From contig NZ_JAUYEY010000040.1 of assembly GCF_030689685.1 (NCBI RefSeq), positions 367-64,366 of the forward strand: a DNA stretch of 64,000 nucleotides. Direction: 5' to 3'. This document shows, one piece after another, positions 53,672 through 62,087 of the stretch. Position 1 is the first letter of the stretch, and each line of letters begins with the position of its first letter. The notes under the pieces are model-generated. The model saw nothing but the letters and a program-made list of their open reading frames with translations. It searched no databases and was not told where the DNA came from. The translations under genes and the position numbers were made by a program. Origin of the DNA: Polaromonas sp. Its GTDB lineage: Bacteria; Pseudomonadota; Gammaproteobacteria; Burkholderiales; Burkholderiaceae_C.

Positions 53672-55555
53672 TCACGACCACATATTAGGCCCCCTATCCA
53701 ATGCAAGCCGCAAGGTCGTGCCTTCGTGCGGCGCGCTTTGGACGCTCAGCTCCGCCCCGATCAACTGTGCCTGCTCGCGCAGACCCACCAGACCGTAGTG
53801 CCCGGGATGCGACGCACTTGAATCGAACCCCACGCCATCGTCCTCGATACGCAGTTCCAGACGCCCGTCAGCAGCATCGCGCAGACTCACCCTCACCAGG
53901 CTGGCCATGGCGTGACGCTCCACATTGCGCAGCGCCTCCTCAACGATGCGGAACAGTGTTTCGGCACGCTCGTCCGCGAAGCTGGCGGCGCGGGGTTCAC
54001 TGCTGTAATCGACGGCCAGGCCGGTGCGCTCGGAAAAGAGCTTGATGGCATCGGCCAGTGCCGCACCCAGCCCAACATCGCGCACGGCGTTGAAACGCAA
54101 TTGGGTGATGGCGGCGCGCGCCTCTTTCAGACCTTGGTGGGCCGCTTGCTCGGCGTGGGCCAATTCATCAGGCAAGGCCGCGGGATCGTGGACATGCAGT
54201 TTCTTGAGCAGGCGAACCTCGGTGAGCATGGCCATCATCGAATGCGCGAGCGTATCGTGCAGGTCGCGCGCAATCTTTAGGCGTTCGCGCACCACCGCGG
54301 CGTAGCGCGTCTCTTTCGCGAGCCGTTCGACCTCGCGGGTACGGGTGGCGACGCGTTGTTCGAGTTCGGCACTGAGGGTGCGCAACTCGCTGCGCTCAAG
54401 CTGTAAAGCGCCCAGCACATTTGCAAAAGCGGCCCCGACCCGCGCGACCTCGTCGATGCCGGAGGGCACCTCGATACGCTGCGCCTTGCCCCTGCCCACG
54501 TCCTGGACGGATCGTGTCAAAGCCGTCAATCGCCTGGTCAGATGGCGCGCGATCAGCACGCCGAGCAGCGCGGCGCTGCCCCCCAGTCCCAAAGAGACCC
54601 ACAAGATATGCAACCACAAGGCATCGGCACGCTGATACGCGCGATCCGCCGGTTCAGCGAGTAGCACACGCCAGCCCAGTGTGCGCAGCGTGCTACCCGT
54701 CGATGGTTCCGCGCGGGCCACCAGAACGACCTGCCCGTCATCGAGACGTTCCAATGCTGGCGCTGAGGTAGCAGTGCTGGCGCCAGAGAATGCCTGTGTC
54801 GCGTCGACGAAGGCAATGTCCTTGACCTGCGTGCCGTGCCAGCGCTTGCCCTGAAGCGCGTCCGGGCCGATCAAAACCAGTCCATCTTTATCCAGCACCA
54901 ATGCCTGGGTGGCGCTGGGGAGATGCAGCGTCTCTCGCAGACCCTGTACGTAGTTTCGTATCCAGCGCAAGCTCAACTCTGCGTCCACCACGCCCACGAC
55001 ACGGCCCTGCGGATTTCGCACGGGGGTCATCATGTCGACAAATCGGTGTGCCTCGCCGCCGGGCAGCGGAGCCAGCTTCTTGTGCAGCGGTACGGTGCCA
55101 TGTGCATCGCCGATCCAAGCCCCCTTCAACCCACGCGCGAACCCGGGGCGTTCGGCGACGCTGCTACCTTCGAGCAGGCCGCCGCTGGCGGCCACGACCG
55201 TACCTTTTGCATCGGCTAAACCAATCCATTCGAACTCTGGGTAAGTAAATCGCAAGTCGTCGAGCACCGCACGCAGCGCGCGCGGCGTATCGGAACCCAG
55301 ATCCGTTCGTAGCATGGTCGCCACCGCCCGTATCGACTGCAGCCGCAAGGCAAGGGCCTGGTCGAGTTCGGCGGCCAATTGGCCGGTGCTCAATGCTAAC
55401 TGTCGGCCGTGTTGTTGCAACAGGCTCGTTCGGGCCATTCCCCCGAGCCACAACGCCGCAACCAGCGCGAAGACCAGGAACAGTGCGACGACCAGCCAGC
55501 CGAGTGCGCTAGCCAGGCTGCGTCGAGGATCCAGATAGCGCAGCAGGCGCGGCAT
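53672..55555 (-). CDS. sensor histidine kinase Cache-HAMP-HisKA_3-HATPase (NarX-like class)
   Basis: RERLKIARDLHDTLAHS, EEALRNVERHA, DDGVGF, HYGLVGLREQA. Confidence 0.94.
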   Translation of the reverse strand: MPRLLRYLDPRRSLASALGWLVVALFLVFALVAALWLGGMARTSLLQQHGRQLALSTGQLAAELDQALALRLQSIRAVATMLRTDLGSDTPRALRAVLDDLRFTYPEFEWIGLADAKGTVVAASGGLLEGSSVAERPGFARGLKGAWIGDAHGTVPLHKKLAPLPGGEAHRFVDMMTPVRNPQGRVVGVVDAELSLRWIRNYVQGLRETLHLPSATQALVLDKDGLVLIGPDALQGKRWHGTQVKDIAFVDATQAFSGASTATSAPALERLDDGQVVLVARAEPSTGSTLRTLGWRVLLAEPADRAYQRADALWLHILWVSLGLGGSAALLGVLIARHLTRRLTALTRSVQDVGRGKAQRIEVPSGIDEVARVGAAFANVLGALQLERSELRTLSAELEQRVATRTREVERLAKETRYAAVVRERLKIARDLHDTLAHSMMAMLTEVRLLKKLHVHDPAALPDELAHAEQAAHQGLKEARAAITQLRFNAVRDVGLGAALADAIKLFSERTGLAVDYSSEPRAASFADERAETLFRIVEEALRNVERHAMASLVRVSLRDAADGRLELRIEDDGVGFDSSASHPGHYGLVGLREQAQLIGAELSVQSAPHEGTTLRLALDRGPNMWS

Positions 55556-55727
55556 TCAGCGAGTTGGGATTGAGATAAGCATTCCGGCATTGTCACAAGT
55601 GACGAAAGTAACTGCAAGCTCATGACCTGTGGCCCTCGCGACCCGGCAAGGCATCCAGTAGACTTATATCCATGAAAAAGATAATGGGTCATTTCTGCGC
55701 ATCCCCCCCACAGCACGGATATTCAAC

Positions 55728-55919
55728 GTGGACGAGTTGATTCAACGGGTGGCGCAACGGGCGGGTATCTCGCCAGCGCAGGCGGCACTGGCCATCGCGG
55801 AGATGCTGAGCTACCTCACGGCGCGGCTACCCTCCCCGGTGGTCGGGCGCATCCGCGAGCTATTGGAGGATGCGCAATACCCGCGCAGCCCCGACGGCGG
55901 CCAAGGGGGTGTCAAGTGA
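55728..55919 (+). CDS. small helical protein (DUF2267-like)
   Basis: MDELIQRVAQRAGISPAQA...LTARLPSPV; GTGA overlap with the response regulator. Confidence 0.7.
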   Translation: MDELIQRVAQRAGISPAQAALAIAEMLSYLTARLPSPVVGRIRELLEDAQYPRSPDGGQGGVK

Positions 55920-56665
55920 CTGCGGCATCTCCTGACGAATCGCCGCGCATCCGGGTGCTGGTTGCCGACGATCAGGCCTTGGTTCGCCGCGGGATGACGT
56001 TGATGCTCGCGGTTGAACCGGACATAGAAGTGGTGGGTCAGGCGTGCGACGGCGCGGAAGCCGTTGAGATGGCACAGCAGTTGCTGCCTGACGTGGTGCT
56101 GATGGATTTGCACATGCCGCGCATGGGCGGCGTGGCCGCCACGCGCGCGATCACGTTGTCGCTGCCGCGCACGCATGTGCTGGTGCTGACCACGCTGGAC
56201 GCTGAAGAAACGGTCTTTGAAGCCATCCGCGCCGGCGCCCATGCCTATCTGTTGAAGGACGCGACCGAGGAAGAATTGCTGGAGACGGTGCGCGCGGTGC
56301 ATCGCGGTGAATCCAGGCTGACCCCGCAGATCGCGCGCAAGGTCATGGATCAATTTCGCCGGCTCGCGCCGCTGCCCGAAGGCCCGCCGGGCGATGCAGC
56401 CTTGAGCCCGGCGGTGACGCCGCAGCCGGTTCAAGCCGCTGCGCAAACCAAGGCGCAAAGTGTCATGACCGAGCCACTGACCGACAAGGAAGAAAAAATT
56501 CTGCAGTGCATCACCGAGGGCAAGAGCAACAGGCAGATCGCCAATGCGGTGTTCCTGGCCGAGGGCACGGTCAAGAACTACGTCAGTCGCATCATGGAAA
56601 AGCTGCACGCCAACACGCGCACCGAGTTGGCCGTGATGTCGGTGCGCCAACGGCGCGGCGATTAG
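55916..56665 (+). CDS. NarL/LuxR family response regulator
   Basis: ADDQ, VLMDLHMP, YLLKD, LTDKE...GKSNRQIA...EGTVKNYVS. Confidence 0.95.
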   Translation: MTAASPDESPRIRVLVADDQALVRRGMTLMLAVEPDIEVVGQACDGAEAVEMAQQLLPDVVLMDLHMPRMGGVAATRAITLSLPRTHVLVLTTLDAEETVFEAIRAGAHAYLLKDATEEELLETVRAVHRGESRLTPQIARKVMDQFRRLAPLPEGPPGDAALSPAVTPQPVQAAAQTKAQSVMTEPLTDKEEKILQCITEGKSNRQIANAVFLAEGTVKNYVSRIMEKLHANTRTELAVMSVRQRRGD

Positions 56666-56695
56666 AACCGTCTCATCATCCGCTATGCCGCGCGC

Positions 56696-58117
56696 GTGCC
56701 CATCCTGACTGCCTCGCATTGGCTCTCGCTGCACGGGCTGCTCACCGTCGTTGGGCTAGTCGTGTATGTGGTGGCCTCCCACGTGCTACAGCAACGGCGC
56801 CATCCATCCGCTGCGATCGGGTGGGTGTTGTTTATGCTGCTGTTGCCCTACGCCGCGCTGCCGCTGTATCTGCTGTTCGGCACGCGCAAACTCACCCGCA
56901 CCCCCCATTCATCGCTGCCCACCCGCGCCGCGCCGCCCACTAACGATGACAGCACCTGGCCAGCCGAGGTGGCCGTTGCGCTGGGACAACCGCGCCCCTC
57001 AAGGTACCGAGATTTAGGCGTTCACGCCAATGGTTCAGAGTCACTGCGAGCACTCCTGGAGGTGATCAATGGCGCACAACACACCCTGGACCTGTGCACC
57101 TTCATGCTCGGACGCGATGCGGTCGGTAATGCGGTAAGCGCCCATCTGATCGCCAGGGCTCACGCCGGTGTGCGGGTGCGGCTGCTGCTCGACGGGGTGG
57201 GCCGCCTACTGGGCGGGCGGCCCGATCTGTCCGCGTTGAGGCACGCGGGTGTGCAGGTTGGGCTCTTCGTGCCCCCCTTGCACTCTCCCCTGAAAGGCCG
57301 CACGAATCTGCGCAACCACCGCAAGCTCGTGGTGGCCGACGCCGGCCACGCGGCCGAACGGCTGTGGTGCGGCGGGCGCAATCTCGCCGCCGAGTATTTC
57401 GAAGGTCAGCCCGGTCGCGTGGCGTGGCGCGACCTGAGCTTCGATCTGCAAGGCCCGCTGGCCCGGCAAGCGGCCGATCTGTTCCAGCGCGACTGGGTGT
57501 TCGCGGCGGGGGACCAAGCGCCGGCCACTGGCGCTTCGACGGCGGCGGACGCCAGGGCTGCCCCTGTCGCATCACCGGGTGAGCCTGCCGGACAAGTCAT
57601 CGCCTCGGGCCCTGACCAACCCGACGACACCGTGCACGCGCTGCTCGTCAGCGCCGCCTACCGCGCGTGCTCACGCATAGCGCTTGTCTCGCCTTACGTC
57701 GTGCTCGACGACGCCTTGCTGATGGCGCTGTGCCTGGCGGCAAGGCGGGGCGTACAAGTGGATTTGCTATTGCCAGCCCGCTCCAACCATCGGCTCGCCG
57801 ATATCGTGCGGAATCGCTCCCTGCGCGCACTGGCCGGGGCGGGGGTGCATGTCTGGCTGGCGCCGCACATGCTGCACGCCAAGCTGGCCATTGTTGATGA
57901 CGTGCTGGCACTGGTGGGTACCACCAACCTCGACGGTCGCAGCCTGTTCCTTAACTACGAGCTGATGGTGGCATTTCATGAGGCCAGCGATATCGCCCGC
58001 TACAGCGCGTGGTTCAATCTCGAACGTGCTACGGCCCGCCCGTATGTGGCGCAGCCGCCCGGTCTGCTGCGTGACCTCGGCGAAGGGCTGGTGCTGTGGA
58101 TCGGTTTCCAACTCTGA
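56696..58117 (+). CDS. cls: cardiolipin synthase (ClsA-like phospholipase D)
   Basis: Two N-terminal TM helices; two HKD motifs, NHRKLVVAD and LHAKLAIVD. Confidence 0.88.
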   Translation: MPILTASHWLSLHGLLTVVGLVVYVVASHVLQQRRHPSAAIGWVLFMLLLPYAALPLYLLFGTRKLTRTPHSSLPTRAAPPTNDDSTWPAEVAVALGQPRPSRYRDLGVHANGSESLRALLEVINGAQHTLDLCTFMLGRDAVGNAVSAHLIARAHAGVRVRLLLDGVGRLLGGRPDLSALRHAGVQVGLFVPPLHSPLKGRTNLRNHRKLVVADAGHAAERLWCGGRNLAAEYFEGQPGRVAWRDLSFDLQGPLARQAADLFQRDWVFAAGDQAPATGASTAADARAAPVASPGEPAGQVIASGPDQPDDTVHALLVSAAYRACSRIALVSPYVVLDDALLMALCLAARRGVQVDLLLPARSNHRLADIVRNRSLRALAGAGVHVWLAPHMLHAKLAIVDDVLALVGTTNLDGRSLFLNYELMVAFHEASDIARYSAWFNLERATARPYVAQPPGLLRDLGEGLVLWIGFQL

Positions 58118-58301
58118 CCGTGCCCAGCCGGGCCGGATTGCCAAAGTCACAACGAAATCGTGACCTGCGGCACGTCCAAGTCATGACTTTCGGGCGCTTA
58201 CATCCGCCAGGCCGAGGCCTAAAGTTCGAAGCATGGACGCACGGACAAAGACCACGCCGCGACGTTCAAACCCGATAGATCAACATGAAAAGGACCAGGC
58301 T

Positions 58302-58820
58302 ATGAACAAGACCGATATTGCCGTTGCGGTGTATGACACCCATACCCAAGCGGAATCCGCCGTGAAGGCGCTGCAACTCGCCGGCTTCGACATGAAGAAG
58401 CTCTCGATCATCGGCAAGGATTATCACACCGAGGAACACGTCGTCGGATTTCTCAATGCCGGCGATCGGGCCAAGTTCTTCGGCAAGCTTGGTGCGTTCT
58501 GGGGCGGCCTGATGGGTATGCTATTCGGCTCCGCCCTGTTCTTCGTGCCGGTGGTGGGCCATGTGATCGTTCTGGGCCCGCTCGCGGCGACCATCTTCGG
58601 TGGCCTGCAAGGCGCCGTCCTGGTGGGTGGCGCCAGCGCCCTGGTCGGGGCCTTGATGGCCATTGGCATTCCCAGGGATTCCGTGCTGCGTTACGAAACC
58701 GCGCTGAAGGCCAATAAGTTTCTGTTGATTGTTCATGGCGACGCGCAGGAGATCAAGCGGGCGCATGAACTGCTCGCGACCTCCGGTCTTGCTTCGTTCG
58801 ATCATCACGCCGTCGCCTGA
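58302..58820 (+). CDS. DUF1269/general-stress-type membrane protein
   Basis: VAVYDTHTQAESAVKALQLAGFDMKKLSIIGKD; glycine-zipper helices; YETALK..KFLLIVHG. Confidence 0.8.
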   Translation: MNKTDIAVAVYDTHTQAESAVKALQLAGFDMKKLSIIGKDYHTEEHVVGFLNAGDRAKFFGKLGAFWGGLMGMLFGSALFFVPVVGHVIVLGPLAATIFGGLQGAVLVGGASALVGALMAIGIPRDSVLRYETALKANKFLLIVHGDAQEIKRAHELLATSGLASFDHHAVA

Positions 58821-58907
58821 GCTGCCCCGTACCAGGCTCATCTCTGACGCAAACGAAGCAAACATCCTCCACACAGTCAACCTGAATTCATTGATAAGGA
58901 GCACATT

Positions 58908-59981
58908 ATGAAACTCACCCTCAAACCCTTGACCGTAGCCGTCCTGATCGCCACCGCGCAACTCTCCGGTGTGGCGTTCGCGCAGGCCACGAAAACGCCT
59001 ACGGCGCAAGCGGCGCCCGCTACAGCGAAGGCGCCGATTGCGATCCAGTCTCCCACCGACTGGATCATCTATGACGACACGACCTTCACCCCGGTCGCGG
59101 ATTCGATCAGCCTTCACCTGGATGCGGCGCGCAAGGCTTTCGATGCCAAGGACAACAAAAAGGCGGCAGCGGAGATGCGCGCCGTGGCCGATGAGTTGAA
59201 GGAACAGGCCGCCCGTGCCGCCAAGGCCGACAAGGCCCGCGCCAAGTCTGAGATGCAGCTCGCACACGATACCTCCAGGCGTATGGACGCGGTGGCCGGC
59301 AAGGTCAGCGCCGCCGCCGCAGGCATCGAGAGCGGCAAAATCAAGACCAAGGCGGACTTGGACAAAGCCATCGACAAAGCGGCCCGCGCCGACATGGAGC
59401 GCCGTTGGCTGGTGACGGACGTGGCCACCTGGTACCCGGTGACCGAAGAACCGCAACGGCATTTCGGCAGCGCCATCGAAGCCTACGCGAAGAAGGACTA
59501 CAAAGCAGCGGCGACCGAGATCCGCAAGGCGATCGGCTACGTGCGCTTGGAAGCTGGCCGCGTCACCGGCGCCGCCAAGCAGGCACTCGACAACTCCGTG
59601 ACGGAACTCGACAAGCTCGTCGCCTCCGTCGAGAAGGGCGCGGTCAAGGACGAGAAGGTCATGGACAAGGCGTTCGCCAACGCCAACCACGCGCTCGCCT
59701 TAGCGCATCGTACCAAGGCGGCTGAATCGTGGGCGCGCAAGGAATACAACCAGGCCGGCTACGAACTCAAAGCGGCTGCCCGCGGACTGGAAAGCGCTGC
59801 GGGCTGGGTCGGCGCGGAAGCAAAGGCAGGTACTTCCGCAGTTGTCGCCGGTACCCGTGCACTGGGTGATAAGCTCGCCTCCGGTGCGACCTGGACGCGC
59901 GATGAAGTCGCCAAGGGCTTCGAGTCGCTGGGCAACGCCATCAATGCACTGGGCCAGAAGATTGGCAGCAGCAAGAACTGA
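58908..59981 (+). CDS. secreted all-helical repeat protein (loosely YfdX-like)
   Basis: Sec signal ending AFA-Q; Ala/Lys-rich helices; internal repeat; RBS AGGAG; family call uncertain. Confidence 0.7.
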   Translation: MKLTLKPLTVAVLIATAQLSGVAFAQATKTPTAQAAPATAKAPIAIQSPTDWIIYDDTTFTPVADSISLHLDAARKAFDAKDNKKAAAEMRAVADELKEQAARAAKADKARAKSEMQLAHDTSRRMDAVAGKVSAAAAGIESGKIKTKADLDKAIDKAARADMERRWLVTDVATWYPVTEEPQRHFGSAIEAYAKKDYKAAATEIRKAIGYVRLEAGRVTGAAKQALDNSVTELDKLVASVEKGAVKDEKVMDKAFANANHALALAHRTKAAESWARKEYNQAGYELKAAARGLESAAGWVGAEAKAGTSAVVAGTRALGDKLASGATWTRDEVAKGFESLGNAINALGQKIGSSKN

Positions 59982-60095
59982 CGATGCGTGTCATGAGTAC
60001 CTTGAGGCCCGCGTCAAGGCAGAAGTAAAAAAGACGAAGAAGAGTCTTTTTAGGTCTGACACCCAATCACGCTAAATGCTTTGGAAGGAACACAT

Positions 60096-60821
60096 ATGAA
60101 ACTCATCTTCAAACCCCTGACCGTAGCCGTTCTGATCTCCGCCGCGCAACTCTCTGGTGTTGTGCTCGCCCAAACCACCATCGTGACCAAGATGGACCTG
60201 GCTCAAACCGGGCAGGTGTCGCCCACGACGGCTACCGCCAAGGCAGATCCCTTGGCGGGCGGCGCAGAGATCTTCGAGAATCTCACCGAGGCCTCGCCCG
60301 TGATAGATGCGGCGGCCTTCAAGAAATCGTTGGCCAAATTCGAGACGCTTTACCCGGCGATTTCAGCCCATCTGTCTCCCGACCGAAAGAAACGCTTGGA
60401 TTCCTTGGTGAGTGGCGTTCGCAACGCTTGGCAGAAAGGAGATCGCGGTGCGATGGCGATCCAGTCCATTGAAATCTACCGCTTGCTTGAGGAGTCGATT
60501 AATCGTAGCGGTCAACCGGTACCCGTGGAGGTTCCCATGCTCGATTACGCTGGTTTCAAGCTCAACGCGCTGCTGCTTTCACATCAACCCGACTGGAAGC
60601 AGGCTGGCAAGACGGCGCAGGAGGCAGCGGCGTGGTGGACTGCTATCGAAGCCCATATTACCGACAAGTCCCTTAGGGACGCCATGACTCACACCATCGC
60701 CGGCATTAAAGAGGCTGTCGTCCGGAAAGATCCCAAACTCCTGCGCTTTGCAGCGGACATGGATCTCATCCTGGTTGACGGTTTGGAAGTGTTTTTCAAT
60801 TCTCACGCATCAACCCGTTAG
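60096..60821 (+). CDS. secreted hypothetical protein
   Basis: Sec signal nearly identical to the upstream gene; RBS GGAAGGA; protein-like composition. Confidence 0.8.
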   Translation: MKLIFKPLTVAVLISAAQLSGVVLAQTTIVTKMDLAQTGQVSPTTATAKADPLAGGAEIFENLTEASPVIDAAAFKKSLAKFETLYPAISAHLSPDRKKRLDSLVSGVRNAWQKGDRGAMAIQSIEIYRLLEESINRSGQPVPVEVPMLDYAGFKLNALLLSHQPDWKQAGKTAQEAAAWWTAIEAHITDKSLRDAMTHTIAGIKEAVVRKDPKLLRFAADMDLILVDGLEVFFNSHASTR

Positions 60822-61098
60822 CATGTTTGGCTCAGGCTCAGGCACCGCTATACTTTTAATCTCTCAGTGTTCTGCCGCTGACTGGCAGGTCTGCGCCAAC
60901 TGGCGGTTCCGTGCTTGTCTTGACTTGCGGATGTCACGCTGGTCATCGCTGTGTGCGACAGCGCACAGACTCGTGCGCTGCGCGCACCCTGTGTGCAGGA
61001 ATATCGCCACGACCCGATCGCTTTCGTCCTCTGTCGCGAAGGCATGATTTTTCAATTCGTCGAATTTTCCTGTTCGGCCTCTGGAAGGAGAACGACCC

Positions 61099-61932
61099 AT
61101 GTTACGCAGCATAAACGATCTGGAAGATTGCGCGATCCACGCGACCGATGGCGCCATTGGCCATGTGAAAGATTTTTATTTCGATGACACAGCCTGGGTT
61201 ATCCGCTATCTCGTTGTCGATACCGGTACCTGGCTCTCGAGTCGAGAAGTGCTGATCTCGCCTATCTCGATGGGCCATCCGGACTGGACGGAAAAGGTGC
61301 TACCCGTCTCGATCACGAAAGAGCAAGTGAAGAATAGCCCCGACATCGACACCCGGAAGCCAGTGTCGCGACAGCACGAAATAGAGTATCTCGGATATTA
61401 CGGCTACCCGTTTTACTGGGGTGGTGACGGACTCTGGGGCGGGGAGATGTATCCGACCGTCATGCTGCCGAGCTACGCCGGCTTCATACCGACACCGCCT
61501 GTCGATCCGTCCGAAGCCGAGAAGGCCTATGCACAAGCCGAAGCAGCGCGGCGCCAAGACGACGATCCCCATCTGCAAAGTGGTAACGCGGTCCTGCACT
61601 ATCACCTTCATGCAAGCGATGGCGACATCGGTCACGTGCAGGGTCTGCTCGTCGATGACGAGACCTGGGCCATTCGATATCTCGTCGTGAACACCAGCAA
61701 TTGGTGGGTCGGTCATCGCGTGCTCATCGCACCGCAATGGATAGAAAATGTGAGCTGGCTCAACGCCACGGTTTCCGTCAACCTGACACGCCAAGCCGTG
61801 AAAGACGCTCCCCTATACGACCCGGCGGTGCAGCTAAATCGTGAGCAGGAAATAAGCATCCACGAACATTACGGGCGGCGCGGCTATTGGGCGGACGAAG
61901 CGAAACGTAAAGCCGAAACAGCAGACCATTAG
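61099..61932 (+). CDS. tandem PRC-barrel domain protein
   Basis: Two copies of I.A.DG.IG.V...DD..W.IRYLVV.T..W; RBS AGGAG. Confidence 0.93.
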   Translation: MLRSINDLEDCAIHATDGAIGHVKDFYFDDTAWVIRYLVVDTGTWLSSREVLISPISMGHPDWTEKVLPVSITKEQVKNSPDIDTRKPVSRQHEIEYLGYYGYPFYWGGDGLWGGEMYPTVMLPSYAGFIPTPPVDPSEAEKAYAQAEAARRQDDDPHLQSGNAVLHYHLHASDGDIGHVQGLLVDDETWAIRYLVVNTSNWWVGHRVLIAPQWIENVSWLNATVSVNLTRQAVKDAPLYDPAVQLNREQEISIHEHYGRRGYWADEAKRKAETADH

Positions 61933-62087
61933 GTCCGCGCCAGGCGTGGCTGCCCGAATAGCAGGCGTCGTTTTTCCGCAACCGTAGCCCCTGCGGGGAA
62001 AGCTCACCGCTCGCGTCTGCACCGCCGCTCCGACCCTCGGTTTCTTGGCACGGATCAAAGGGCATACTGCTTAACCTTCTTGCGAGA

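Noticed and set aside
53669-53680. TGGTCACGACCA dyad as another regulon site
   Set aside because: It overlaps the kinase stop in a convergent region with no downstream gene, and lacks the TGACYTGYGG 10-mer.
34198-58865. Shared 12-mer ACGAAGCAAACA upstream of the DUF3096 and secreted-protein genes
   Set aside because: Only two occurrences, opposite orientation relative to the genes, and no consistent dyad.
58521-59690. 389-aa minus-strand ORF
   Set aside because: Antisense to two + strand genes that have clear RBSs and, for one, a signal peptide.
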